64,000 bases of DNA, taken from UHGV virus genome UHGV-1342921. One strand, written 5' to 3'. The translations under genes and the position numbers were made by a program. Under the pieces are notes generated by a model, which was not told the DNA's origin, searched no databases, and saw only the letters and a list, made by a program, of their open reading frames with translations. The DNA is from a virus. Shown in pieces: positions 9,414-18,210 of this stretch (its first letter is position 1; every line of letters starts with the position of its first letter).

Positions 9414-9815
9414 ATGGAAATGAACACAGGCCTTACACAGTATGAATTTGCAAAGCGGCGATTTGAGAGCGGTGCCGTCGATGAGTTCACCGAGACCAAG
9501 ACGATTGCCGAGTTGACGAACATCAGCGCGTGGTTCTCTACGGAGAAGTACTTCCAATATTTCATGCTGTTGTGCCGAGAAGCCTACGACTTCACCGTCA
9601 TCAACATCAAGGGCACCAACTACCACAAGGCAATGACCGAGGTTCAGGAAGTGCTTGAGTCCCGTGGCAAGATCGTGTTCATTGAATATTGTCATGACAG
9701 CGGGGACTACGAGATTTGGATCAAGACCAACGAGCAGATGAAAATGGTTACCGGGTCCGACTATGTTATGTTTAAGTTGTTCCCATGCAACGACTTCGTG
9801 ATAGAGGTGGATTAA
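9414..9815 (+). CDS. Hypothetical protein. The start is ambiguous (TTG 9399 or ATG 9414).
   Basis: This is the tracked ORF 9399..9815 and it is tightly packed within the operon. Confidence 0.45.
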   Translation: MEMNTGLTQYEFAKRRFESGAVDEFTETKTIAELTNISAWFSTEKYFQYFMLLCREAYDFTVINIKGTNYHKAMTEVQEVLESRGKIVFIEYCHDSGDYEIWIKTNEQMKMVTGSDYVMFKLFPCNDFVIEVD

Positions 9816-9816
9816 A

Positions 9817-10074
9817 GTGAAGTTATATGTCAACATCAACGGACTGACAAAGATCACGGCTTTTGACGACAACAACAACATCGTCTTTGAGAAGAACTGC
9901 ACCTACCCTGAAATTCTCAACATCCTAGACGCCGTGTCTCAAAAGTACCAGGCAGAGTCTTTCGACAAGATCTACATCACCGGGGCAAGTAAGCTCACCG
10001 AGCGACTCATGAACTCAATGACCCCAGTGTTTACCAAGGCAATGTACTGCATTGAAGGAGGAAGGAAGCGCTAA
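9817..10074 (+). CDS. Hypothetical protein (85 aa)
   Basis: This is a tracked ORF starting with GTG. Its stop overlaps the next start (ATGA). Confidence 0.4.
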   Translation: MKLYVNINGLTKITAFDDNNNIVFEKNCTYPEILNILDAVSQKYQAESFDKIYITGASKLTERLMNSMTPVFTKAMYCIEGGRKR

Positions 10075-10355
10075 TGATTCAGTATCTTCTTAAAACCACC
10101 GAGGAAATCATGGTCGACACCGAGGTCGACGTCGATTCCCTTCAGGACTTTCTGAAGCGCGACGCAGAGGAGCAGAACTACGTCATCAAGACGTTCTCTT
10201 ATGAGAAGAAGGTTCGCAAGATGAAGGGCGAGGAAGACGAGGAGTATTACAAGTGCAAGGTGGTCAAGCTGTTCAACAGTGAGAAGTACCCCGACCTACC
10301 TCTTCGCAAGGTTGTTTACACGGGCTTCAACGACGGCAGGAGCGATGAGATTTGA
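10074..10355 (+). CDS. Hypothetical acidic protein (93 aa)
   Basis: This is a tracked ORF. An RBS GGAGGAAGG lies upstream. Confidence 0.45.
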   Translation: MIQYLLKTTEEIMVDTEVDVDSLQDFLKRDAEEQNYVIKTFSYEKKVRKMKGEEDEEYYKCKVVKLFNSEKYPDLPLRKVVYTGFNDGRSDEI

Positions 10356-10621
10356 TAGACATCACCAAAGAGAAGATGACTCAAGAGGAAATAAGCTCCA
10401 ACCTTCGACTTGACGGATTCTCTTGGTGCTACTTTTCAACGGCGAAGGGTCGGTTCGGCTTGTATCTTGTGCCGACCCTTCGCCAGGACGGCTTTCCCGT
10501 CAATGTGACAGTCATGGACAATGACGGTAGGGTCGTCATTTACGAGCATCATTTTGACGTGCCGAAAAAGGAATGGAGCAATTTCTTCAACAATATCATT
10601 GACCAGTTGAACGACATTTAG
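10352..10621 (+). CDS. Hypothetical protein (89 aa)
   Basis: This is a tracked ORF with an overlapping start (ATGA). Confidence 0.4.
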   Translation: MIDITKEKMTQEEISSNLRLDGFSWCYFSTAKGRFGLYLVPTLRQDGFPVNVTVMDNDGRVVIYEHHFDVPKKEWSNFFNNIIDQLNDI

Positions 10622-10628
10622 GAGGAAC

Positions 10629-11084
10629 ATGGAAAAGGACATGCTATCGCACAGTGAGTTTGAGACCATTCAGATCAAGTACTTCCCCGGTGCGCCCCAT
10701 CTAGAGAAGATTGACAAGGGCGATTGGATCGACCTATACACCAACGAGGATGCAGTGCTGTTTGAGGGCGAGTCAAAGATTGTCCCTCTAGGTGTAGCCA
10801 TGAAGCTTCCCGATGGCTATGAAGCCATTGTAGCCCCTCGTAGCAGTACTTTCAAGAGGTGGGGCGTTATTATGACGAACAGCCTTGGGATTATCGACAA
10901 CAAGTATTGCGGAAACGATGACCAGTGGGGCATGCCGGTCTACGCGACTCGCAACGTAACCATCCCCAAGGGAACCCGGCTTTGCCAGTTCCGCATCCAG
11001 AAGAACCAGCCTGACATTCTGTTCAAGGAAGTTGACAGCCTTAATGATTCAAACCGTGGTGGATGGGGCAGTTCGGGCGAGTAG
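10629..11084 (+). CDS. dut: dUTP diphosphatase (trimeric dUTPase)
   Basis: Motifs AIVAPRSSTFKRWGV, GIIDNKYCG and the C-terminal RGGWGSSG are present. The RBS is GGAGGAAC. Confidence 0.85.
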   Translation: MEKDMLSHSEFETIQIKYFPGAPHLEKIDKGDWIDLYTNEDAVLFEGESKIVPLGVAMKLPDGYEAIVAPRSSTFKRWGVIMTNSLGIIDNKYCGNDDQWGMPVYATRNVTIPKGTRLCQFRIQKNQPDILFKEVDSLNDSNRGGWGSSGE

Positions 11085-11096
11085 GAGAGGTTCCCA

Positions 11097-11375
11097 ATGT
11101 CAGTATTCGTTCTTGAATTTAAATTCCGCGAGTGGAACGAGGATGAAGGAAAATGGTTGGTCAGGAATCCGGACGAGTACCTGTTCTATGCTGATGCGGA
11201 AGCAGCTTTAAAAACGGCCTCTGAAGTTGCGAGCTCCAAATATTCATACCAAAAGCGTGGTTGTCCGTCAAGCATCTCCTTGTACTCTTTCCAAGATTGC
11301 GACGTCGTTACTGCCAACGACATTCGCTTGCCCGTTGCACAATGGACGGACCTTGATCATTCACGAAAATATTAG
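11097..11375 (+). CDS. Hypothetical protein (92 aa)
   Basis: This is a tracked ORF. Confidence 0.4.
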   Translation: MSVFVLEFKFREWNEDEGKWLVRNPDEYLFYADAEAALKTASEVASSKYSYQKRGCPSSISLYSFQDCDVVTANDIRLPVAQWTDLDHSRKY

Positions 11376-11399
11376 TGGAAGGAGCGGTGAAAACAGCCA

Positions 11400-12275
11400 A
11401 TGCCAAGAACCATAGATCCTCAACCAGCCATCGAAGCTCTTGAGGAAATCGTAATCAAACCAGCTTCGAAAGTTGTCACACCGACTCTTGGATGTATCAT
11501 CGAAGACAAGAGCGAGTCAAACAAGTCTGACTGGATCTATCTAAAACAGCTTATCAAATGTGCCAACAAGTACGGAGCAGAGATTGAGACGCTTTCTTGT
11601 TTTGGTTTACAAGACGCCTATAAGAATATTTCGACACTGAAAAACGACTCTAGGATTGACGGCATAATCATCTTGTCTTCCTTTAAGAAGGGTGACGACC
11701 AGTTCCTCAAGAACTACATCCCGATGCCTCTTGACATTGACTGCGCGTCTGCCGTCTCCCTTGGACACATGCTTTACGACCGAAGCGAGACGTTCTATAG
11801 GGGTGCACCTTGTACAGCTGGAGCTATATACAAGCTCTTGACCTACAATGACGTTGACGTAGCGGGCAAGCGAGTCGGTGTCGTAGGCAGGTCCCCAAGG
11901 GTCGGTAGGCCTGTCGCACAGCTTATGTCAATAGCAAACGCGACAGTTACGCTCTATCACTCAAAGTCAGACCTGTCTTCTCTTGCACAAGAGGACGTTG
12001 TGATTTCTGCAATCGGCAAGCCAAAGTTTTTAAAGGCAAACCTGTTCAGAGAAGGGCAGGTTGTCGTGGATGCGGGGATCAACGTCGATGAGAACGGCAA
12101 GCTCTGCGGTGACGTCGACTACGACGAGGTCTGCAAGGTTCTCGGTGACTCCGGTGCAATCACACCTGTGCCGAACGGGGTTGGTCCTTTGACGAACGTC
12201 GTCTTGTTCTCCAAGCTGTTCGCAAACAAGTACACGCTCCGAGGCTACACGTTCTCTCGCGGGGTCAACTCGTGA
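11400..12275 (+). CDS. folD: Methylenetetrahydrofolate dehydrogenase / methenyl-THF cyclohydrolase
   Basis: The motifs are GKRVGVVGRSPRVGRPVAQLM, ATVTLYHSKS, VVISAIGKP, VVDAGIN and TPVPNGVGPLT. Confidence 0.85.
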   Translation: MPRTIDPQPAIEALEEIVIKPASKVVTPTLGCIIEDKSESNKSDWIYLKQLIKCANKYGAEIETLSCFGLQDAYKNISTLKNDSRIDGIIILSSFKKGDDQFLKNYIPMPLDIDCASAVSLGHMLYDRSETFYRGAPCTAGAIYKLLTYNDVDVAGKRVGVVGRSPRVGRPVAQLMSIANATVTLYHSKSDLSSLAQEDVVISAIGKPKFLKANLFREGQVVVDAGINVDENGKLCGDVDYDEVCKVLGDSGAITPVPNGVGPLTNVVLFSKLFANKYTLRGYTFSRGVNS

Positions 12276-12766
12276 TGGATGGCGTAGAAATAGTCTTGTC
12301 GCTAGACCAGGCTTTAAGAACCACCGGATATGCCGTCTTCCAAGGAGACGACCTTGTGGCGAACGGCACATTCTCTATCCCCTCTGACAAGCCTATGGAC
12401 GAAAGACTTCACCTGTTCATGAAAGAGGTACAAAAGCTCAAACGGCAATATGAGCCGGATGTGATTTGTTTTGAGGATATACAAGACCAGAACAACACGA
12501 AGACGTTTAAAATTCTGGCGTATGTTCAAGCGTCGATGCTTATATTCTGCGCTTTGACAGACTCCAAATACTGCATTTTAGCGCCATCACATTGGAGGAA
12601 AGTCCTAGGAGGCGGGTTCGGCAGAACAAGAGCTGAACAAAAAGAACATTCCATTGCTATCGTAAAAGAACGTTTCGGTATCGACGTTGATTCAGACACG
12701 GCGGACGCGATTTGTATTGGATTGGCTTATCTTGAAGAGAGTAAATTATGCTCGCGGTCACAATAG
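12272..12766 (+). CDS. ruvC: RuvC-like Holliday junction resolvase
   Basis: Motifs VLSLDQALRTTGYAVF, YEPDVICFEDI and DSDTADAICIGLAY are present and include the RuvC catalytic acidic residues. Confidence 0.8.
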   Translation: MMDGVEIVLSLDQALRTTGYAVFQGDDLVANGTFSIPSDKPMDERLHLFMKEVQKLKRQYEPDVICFEDIQDQNNTKTFKILAYVQASMLIFCALTDSKYCILAPSHWRKVLGGGFGRTRAEQKEHSIAIVKERFGIDVDSDTADAICIGLAYLEESKLCSRSQ

Positions 12767-12831
12767 GCGGAATAATTACCTTTGTTGCCGTCGCTGCCAT
12801 AGGAATAACATTCATTTTACTTAAAGGATGA
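12748..12831 (+). CDS. Small hydrophobic peptide (27 aa, one TM segment). Untracked and speculative.
   Basis: The peptide is MLAVTIGGIITFVAVAAIGITFILLKG. Its start overlaps the 3' end of ruvC. Confidence 0.3.
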   Translation: MLAVTIGGIITFVAVAAIGITFILLKG

Positions 12832-12837
12832 CGTATC

Positions 12838-13014
12838 TTGAAGAAATCAGACTATGATGTAATAGATATTATTTGCGCTGCTGTACTAACACTATTTGGC
12901 ATTTACCTCGTTTTTGTTCTTGTCGTTGCCGTAGTTAGTGAAATACAAGCAGCCAATGGAGAGACTCCAATAACCACCAAGACCTGTTGCTGTTGTGAAG
13001 TGAAGAATAAGTAA
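12838..13014 (+). CDS. Small membrane protein (58 aa, TM helix plus a CCCC motif). Untracked.
   Basis: The TTG start follows an AAAGGA RBS. The sequence is KKSDYDVIDIICAAVLTLFGIYLVFVLVVAVVSEIQAANGETPITTKTCCCCEVKNK. It ends at TAA 13012-13014. Confidence 0.35.
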   Translation: MKKSDYDVIDIICAAVLTLFGIYLVFVLVVAVVSEIQAANGETPITTKTCCCCEVKNK

Positions 13015-13060
13015 ATAAAAAAAGCCCCCCTATACCAAGTTGTATAGGGGGGCTTTTTTA
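13013..13060. terminator. Bidirectional rho-independent terminator between convergent transcription units
   Basis: A perfect 12-bp stem GCCCCCCTATAC / GTATAGGGGGGC (13024-13035 and 13042-13053) has a 6-nt loop. It is flanked by an A-run (13013-13023) and a T-run (13054-13059). Confidence 0.8.
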
Positions 13061-13100
13061 GTGTGTGTGTTTGTCTTGCTTTATAGGAAAAAATTAAAAA

Positions 13101-14723
13101 TTAAATAGTGCCTGCGTTGAGACGACGCTGAAGCTCTTGCACGCAAGTGGAACCTTCGTCAAGAGTGCCGTCAACGTATGTGCCCATCCTTGTCTGAAGG
13201 GCCATGATAGTGTCTGTGCCGATTATGCCGTCAGCCGTGACGCCGAGGACGTTCTGGAGAGCCCTGATGACAGGCGAGCCCTTGGCTGTGCCGTCGCACA
13301 TCCAACCAGAGGTGAGAGCACCATTGCGGTTGATGTTCGGTGCCCACTGGTGCCAGACCTCACCGTCGGCATATGTGCCGAAGTAGTTCTGGAGCGCCAT
13401 TGTGGTGTTGCGTCCCCAATAGCCATCGACGTCAATTTGAGTCATGGTATCAGGCGTGGAGGGGGTCACAGTAGGCGTCTTGTCAGAAGAGCCGTCGCGC
13501 TTGGGTCCGATGTAAACCAACTTTCCGTCCCAACCTCCGTTTCCATAATTCGCGTAAGCCTTGATATTTGACTCCCAGCCTGTCTGGTCTCCCTGCTGTC
13601 CAGAGATTCCATAGGTCTCGGAGATGCTGAACTGCATCATGATGTCCGGCTCGGCAGACCAGCACATGGCTGTATGATGAACCTCGTTGAGGTAGATGTC
13701 ACCAGTCTGGGCGATATAGCCGTCACCCATTGGGTGCCACTCGAAGAGGCCTGTGGAGAGGAAGCACTCCCTCATATTGCCAGTGTAGGTAGCGTTGCCA
13801 GTGCAACCAGGAAGGGCAAGCTCCCAAGCCTCGATGACGGCGGACGAGCAGTCGAAGTCGCCGTTGGGGATAGAGACCTGTGTGCCGTCGGACAGGGTGA
13901 CAACCTCGCGGGTGCCGTCCCCCCAGCGCTGGTACTGGCTGTAGCCATGACCGCCGTTGCCGTCGTGGGTGACCATGTGGTGCATGATCTCGGCAGCGAC
14001 CTGCTGATAGGTCAGCTTGCCAGTCTCCTCGGGGACGTCCTGTTTTGGAAGGTCTTCAGAAGGCACGTCAGGCGTGTCGTCCTTCGGAGGATTGGCAGGG
14101 ATGGGCTGTCCGCAGTAAGGACACTTCTTGGGCTCCGAGGGGTCTGTCTTTGTTTGTGGGAGCATACTCTCGTTGAGGACCTCATTGACATCGGCAGGAC
14201 CAGCACCAGGCACATAGGCCTCGGAGTCATACTGCCAGAGGTCGCACTCAACGTTAGGCTTGTAACTGCTCCACTTGGCGACCCAGCGGTTCACGCCCGA
14301 GACGTCGGTGAGGTAGTTCTGCCACCAAGACTCGCTGGAATAGATGCCAGGCTTGTAGCCTGCATTACGGATGACGTCACAGAAGACAAGAGCGTTGTTC
14401 TGTGCGACACCCTCTGTGCCAGGCTCCTCTGCGTCAAAGTACACAGGGTAGCTTGGGTGATAACCCTTGATGGCTTCCACGCACTGTGTGCCCTCAATCT
14501 CGGCTGATGCCGTGCTGGTAGCGTATGAGTACCAGTAGAAGCCATAGGGGATGCCGAGCCGCTCGCATTCAGAAACGTTCGTGCCAAGGTTGTAGTCTAG
14601 ACGTCCGCCCGAGTCAAAACGACCAAAGCCGACGCGAATGATTGCATGATAACCAGCGTCCTTGATCTTTTGCCAATCAAGGGTGCCGTCATGCTCGGAT
14701 ACGTCTATTATTCTTTGAGACAT
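13101..14723 (-). CDS. Endolysin. It has an N-terminal GH25 muramidase, a central Cys/His (CHAP/amidase_5-like) domain and C-terminal tandem cell-wall-binding repeats.
   Basis: The N-terminus is IIDVSEHDGTLDWQKIKDAGYHAIIRVGFG (GH25 D-x-S-x-H-Q-G motif). The middle region has DCSSAVIEAW...HHTAMC. The C-terminus has two repeats GYWGRNTTMALQ / GIIGTDTIMALQ. Confidence 0.8.
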   Translation of the reverse strand: MSQRIIDVSEHDGTLDWQKIKDAGYHAIIRVGFGRFDSGGRLDYNLGTNVSECERLGIPYGFYWYSYATSTASAEIEGTQCVEAIKGYHPSYPVYFDAEEPGTEGVAQNNALVFCDVIRNAGYKPGIYSSESWWQNYLTDVSGVNRWVAKWSSYKPNVECDLWQYDSEAYVPGAGPADVNEVLNESMLPQTKTDPSEPKKCPYCGQPIPANPPKDDTPDVPSEDLPKQDVPEETGKLTYQQVAAEIMHHMVTHDGNGGHGYSQYQRWGDGTREVVTLSDGTQVSIPNGDFDCSSAVIEAWELALPGCTGNATYTGNMRECFLSTGLFEWHPMGDGYIAQTGDIYLNEVHHTAMCWSAEPDIMMQFSISETYGISGQQGDQTGWESNIKAYANYGNGGWDGKLVYIGPKRDGSSDKTPTVTPSTPDTMTQIDVDGYWGRNTTMALQNYFGTYADGEVWHQWAPNINRNGALTSGWMCDGTAKGSPVIRALQNVLGVTADGIIGTDTIMALQTRMGTYVDGTLDEGSTCVQELQRRLNAGTI

Positions 14724-14758
14724 TTATTCTTACCCACTTTCTATTGTCGTGGTTTTTA

Positions 14759-15739
14759 TTAGTAAATTTTAACAGGTACACCGGAGCTGTTATAGCGATA
14801 TACAGCTTTGGCTTTTTGCGGTACGCCCGAACTGTTATAAACATATATGTTTTGAGCAGGAAGTGGCGTCCCTGCTGAATTATATACCCAGATTTTAGAA
14901 CTTACCTTATAAGGGGCAGAAGAGAAAGAAGGCCAAGAGGTGCAATCTGCTTTTGTTCCACCACAGAAGAAGAATCCTGCGCCTAGATAAGAGTTGTAGT
15001 TAGCACCTCTGTTTTTCCATCCACCGATAAAAGTGGTTGAAGCATCTCCGTGCCAGTTTGAAAATACTACTGGGCACAATACCTTCGCTCCCCAACCGCT
15101 GTTGTAAGACATTGGGAATAGGTTGGATGCGATATCATCTCTACCGCTAATAGCAGAGATGTTCCTACTGGGACAGGTTGCCCTATAAGTGCTTTTTGCG
15201 GTAGAGTTTGGATTCCAGCTAGTGAAATAGCTTACAGAAGTGCTTTGGTTTGTGCCGTTGAATCTCTTGGTAAATTCCATGCCACCGACAGCGATAAACG
15301 GGATTATTCCCGTTGGGACAGTAGGCCAAGTAAAGGACGTTTCAAAAGTAGCATTCCAATAAGTCTCTGTTCCCGACCCTTCAGGAGTCGCTGTATAGAC
15401 CTGCTTTTGGCCTATTACTGACAAGGTTCCTGACTGGTTGATACTGGCAAAACCAAAGTCGATTGGAAAACCTGCAATGTAGCCAGGTGCCCTAAACGCG
15501 AACGACGCATGTGCATATCCCTTTCCGTTACTAGCCTTATAGCAGTCGTGGAATCGGATTGCAGGCCGGCCACAGATAAAACTGCCAGAAGAAGGCATGT
15601 AACACACGAAGTTGTTTCCTACATCGTTCCAGTTGTCCCAATAGACAATAGTCGAAGTAGCATTCCCAAGCTGATATTTGTTATGATTTTTAAGCTCTGT
15701 TAAATTCTCATTGCATAAGCCGAGCCAATTTTGTGCCAT
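14759..15739 (-). CDS. Tail fibre / receptor-binding-like protein with C-terminal YxYNSSGxP repeats. The start is revised to MAQNWLGL.
   Basis: The RBS AAAGGAG sits 8 nt before the ATG at 15739. The tracked upstream M at 15793 lies inside a hairpin. The C-terminus reads IWVYNSAGTPLPAQNIYVYNSSGVPQKAKAVYRYNSSGVPVKIY. Confidence 0.5.
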   Translation of the reverse strand: MAQNWLGLCNENLTELKNHNKYQLGNATSTIVYWDNWNDVGNNFVCYMPSSGSFICGRPAIRFHDCYKASNGKGYAHASFAFRAPGYIAGFPIDFGFASINQSGTLSVIGQKQVYTATPEGSGTETYWNATFETSFTWPTVPTGIIPFIAVGGMEFTKRFNGTNQSTSVSYFTSWNPNSTAKSTYRATCPSRNISAISGRDDIASNLFPMSYNSGWGAKVLCPVVFSNWHGDASTTFIGGWKNRGANYNSYLGAGFFFCGGTKADCTSWPSFSSAPYKVSSKIWVYNSAGTPLPAQNIYVYNSSGVPQKAKAVYRYNSSGVPVKIY

Positions 15740-15761
15740 AGGTTTTACTCCTTTTTTCTCT

Positions 15762-15834
15762 AAAAAAAATACGAGAATACCGTAATCCCGCATAGCTGAC
15801 GAGACTATGGGTTCGATGCGGTATCCTCGTATTT
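15762..15834 (-). terminator. Long imperfect hairpin (16-bp stem) with a T-run on the minus strand. Attenuator/terminator-like.
   Basis: AAATACGAGAATACCG at 15767-15782 pairs with CGGTATCCTCGTATTT at 15819-15834 with 1 mismatch. An A-run at 15762-15769 gives the minus-strand U-tract. Confidence 0.45.
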
Positions 15835-15861
15835 GATTTTATTATATCCATCAAAAAGAAG

Positions 15862-16016
15862 TTTATTCCTCTGTGGCAAACTTTTTTCGAAGTTGCTCGG
15901 CTTGTTCAGCAGAGAGCTTTGAATAAGAGGCGATTATATCCTCAAGAGCCTCTCCTTTGTTAAGTCGGATAGCAACGGCACGCTCTATAACGCGATACCC
16001 AACTGCACTGACAGCC
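15862..16016 (-). CDS. XkdX-like small phage protein (51 aa). Untracked.
   Basis: The sequence is MAVSAVGYRVIERAVAIRLNKGEALEDIIASYSKLSAEQAEQLRKKFATEE. Its ATG lies 2 nt after the upstream TAA and an RBS GGAGAA is present. Confidence 0.4.
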
Positions 16017-16019
16017 ATC

Positions 16020-16586
16020 TTATTCTCCAATCAGGTCGGCAAGGACCAAGTTGATATCGTTGATTTGATTTTCGAGGTCTGATGTGGCACCCTCTTTTTC
16101 AGCAAGCGCAAGAATGATGTCATCTACAGAAGACAGAAGATTCTGGTATTCTGTGTTTTTCTGTTCTCTCTCTTGAGCGTCGGCACGTTGCTGGTCTTCC
16201 CTAGCCTTGATTAAAGCAAGCTCGTCTTCTGCGTAGAGCTTGTAGCGAAGAATTTGCTCATACTCAAACCACTCGTGCTCGCCTTCTGTCGGAGGCTGGT
16301 CTTCCACCTTACGAGAATCCACAAAAGTGGCCTTCATGCCGTTGAGGGATTTGTTGGTGAACATATAGGCACCCGTCTTTAGATCGACGGAGTATTCGTC
16401 GTTCGGCACCCATATACCGTCTTCATCATCATCAAACTTGAATAACGTTTCGAGATGGGTCACAGCGGGAGCAACGTTTACCTCTGGATGATGAGCGATA
16501 AGAAAATAGTCTTCTACAAGGTGGCCTTTTGTGTCGTCAACATCGGATCGCTGAATCTCTTTGTCTTGCTCGTTAAGAATTCGCAC
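16020..16586 (-). CDS. Hypothetical tail-fibre-associated protein (XkdW-like position)
   Basis: The GTG start has an RBS AAAGGAG. The protein is acidic with a coiled-coil C-terminus. Confidence 0.5.
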   Translation of the reverse strand: MRILNEQDKEIQRSDVDDTKGHLVEDYFLIAHHPEVNVAPAVTHLETLFKFDDDEDGIWVPNDEYSVDLKTGAYMFTNKSLNGMKATFVDSRKVEDQPPTEGEHEWFEYEQILRYKLYAEDELALIKAREDQQRADAQEREQKNTEYQNLLSSVDDIILALAEKEGATSDLENQINDINLVLADLIGE

Positions 16587-16601
16587 AAAAGCTCCTTTCG
16601 C

Positions 16602-17090
16602 TTAATATTGGATATAGATGTCGCCATTGCCTCTAGCGGTATTTGTTCCAGGAGTGGCAGTACCACTGAAGATACCAATTGCGGTACGGACATTCGGCTT
16701 TGAAGAGAACCAATATGTTGTTCCGTCTGTGTCAGATTGTATGTTGTACTGCCGATATACAGCAAACCCTCCGTTTAATGCGGTCCCGTTTGACATTTTG
16801 TTTGAAGCATAAAAAGCCATAGAAGAAGGAGCGTTGTTTCCTGTTCTAAAACTATGGGTAATTTCTCCGCACTGCGTTCCGTTTTTATCATACATAAGAA
16901 TTGAAGGACCGTATATATTCTTGGTTTGGGTTGTCCCTACAGAAGCGGAGCTGTTTGTTGTTTGTACTCCTAGTTGAGTCTGATTAGTGCTCTTAATTGT
17001 TTGTGTTGACGAGCCTCCATTTAATCTTACATAATGGCTGTCACACTGGCTTTTAAAAGTGCTTAATCCAGTTTCGTCTAGAAAAGCCAC
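16602..17090 (-). CDS. Short tail fibre / receptor-binding-like protein
   Basis: The N-terminus MAFLDETGLSTFKSQCD is shared with the 18211 and 18958 genes. It is Thr/Ser/Asn/Gly-rich. The C-terminus is GDIYIQY. Confidence 0.5.
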   Translation of the reverse strand: MAFLDETGLSTFKSQCDSHYVRLNGGSSTQTIKSTNQTQLGVQTTNSSASVGTTQTKNIYGPSILMYDKNGTQCGEITHSFRTGNNAPSSMAFYASNKMSNGTALNGGFAVYRQYNIQSDTDGTTYWFSSKPNVRTAIGIFSGTATPGTNTARGNGDIYIQY

Positions 17091-17101
17091 TTTTACCTCC
17101 T

Positions 17102-18190
17102 TTATTTATAAAAATAAGAATTCGGGTATCCGTAAACAAGAGTCGGCTCAATCTTTGTACCGTTCTTCTTATAACAATATACCTGAACATTCTGTGTCGG
17201 CTCAACTTTTGTGCCGTTTTTCTTGTAATAAGAAATGCTTCCCGGTTGTATAAGGACGGGGGTCGTTGCATTCTTATAATAATAGATAGAGCTTCTTGGG
17301 GTCGGCATTATGATTCTAGTCCAAGCGACGCCAGAGTCATAATAACAGCTTTCTCCATATTGATTAGAGAACGTCTCGCTCCCTTTTTCTGATTTTTTGG
17401 TGAGGTTATCAGGACTTTGAGGGGGAGACTCTACAGAAGAACTACTGTTCGCTTCTGCGTCCCAGTCCCAGTCTTTAATCACAGAAGCGAGAGTAAGAGG
17501 CCTTGCATAACCTGTATTATCAACCCAACTACCAAACTTTAATTTAAAATATAGCTCTCTTGAAGGGATGGTTGTTAAATCAAGCGTTATCGTCGAGGTG
17601 ACAAAACTGTTATCTTGTTTAGCGAGGGTATCTGTATCTATTGCGCTATGCTTATCATATGTATCCGCATTCACGGTATTGGAGACATTATATTGCGTTG
17701 GAAGTGAGTCTGCGCAGTAAGAAAGTGCAAGTCCATAATAATTAAGTATTCTTTCGTTTTTTCCATTAACTTTTTTAGGAATCCATACAAGATTTGATCC
17801 GTTTGAGAGAAGTCTGTCAACGTTTGTGATTGCATTAGTAATTTTCATACCATATAAATCACCAGCAAAAGATATATAATAATATTTTATATTTTTCCAC
17901 AAGGGTTCTGCATAGAATTTTAAGGTTGCTTTGTTTTTTTCTATCTTTGTACAACGGACGTTCCACACAAAAGCCATCCTGGGATTAGATCCAACTATAG
18001 AAGGATAGTCTTGATAAATATCGCTATGAGGAGCAAAGATTGCTTTATAGAATTTTTTGTCGGTGTATGGTTCTGGCTCCAAACAGAACTTTGTAGGAAT
18101 TTTATTAACTATATATTCTGGCGACTTTGCATTTGGATCTGTGGCATTGGGTAGTGCCGAAAGATTAAATCGCCATAAAGTCCCTGCCAT
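17102..18190 (-). CDS. Tail-associated protein with C-terminal YYKKNGTK repeats
   Basis: The C-terminus reads ISYYKKNGTKVEPTQNVQVYCYKKNGTKIEPTLVYGY, a repeat style shared with the 14759 gene. Confidence 0.5.
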   Translation of the reverse strand: MAGTLWRFNLSALPNATDPNAKSPEYIVNKIPTKFCLEPEPYTDKKFYKAIFAPHSDIYQDYPSIVGSNPRMAFVWNVRCTKIEKNKATLKFYAEPLWKNIKYYYISFAGDLYGMKITNAITNVDRLLSNGSNLVWIPKKVNGKNERILNYYGLALSYCADSLPTQYNVSNTVNADTYDKHSAIDTDTLAKQDNSFVTSTITLDLTTIPSRELYFKLKFGSWVDNTGYARPLTLASVIKDWDWDAEANSSSSVESPPQSPDNLTKKSEKGSETFSNQYGESCYYDSGVAWTRIIMPTPRSSIYYYKNATTPVLIQPGSISYYKKNGTKVEPTQNVQVYCYKKNGTKIEPTLVYGYPNSYFYK

Positions 18191-18210
18191 TCAACAGCAC
18201 CTCCTTTATA

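Noticed and set aside
13674-14507. 277-aa plus-strand ORF (and several others at 13137-13571 and 14012-14587) overlapping the endolysin gene
   Set aside because: It is antisense to a well-supported GH25 endolysin. It has no RBS and a Gly/Ala/Val-rich translation typical of GC-rich antisense frames.
15800-15830. tRNA-like GGTTCGATGC sequence
   Set aside because: It is part of the long hairpin loop at 15762-15834. There is no acceptor, D or anticodon arm structure. No convincing tRNA T-loop (GGTTCGAATCC) was found anywhere in the window.
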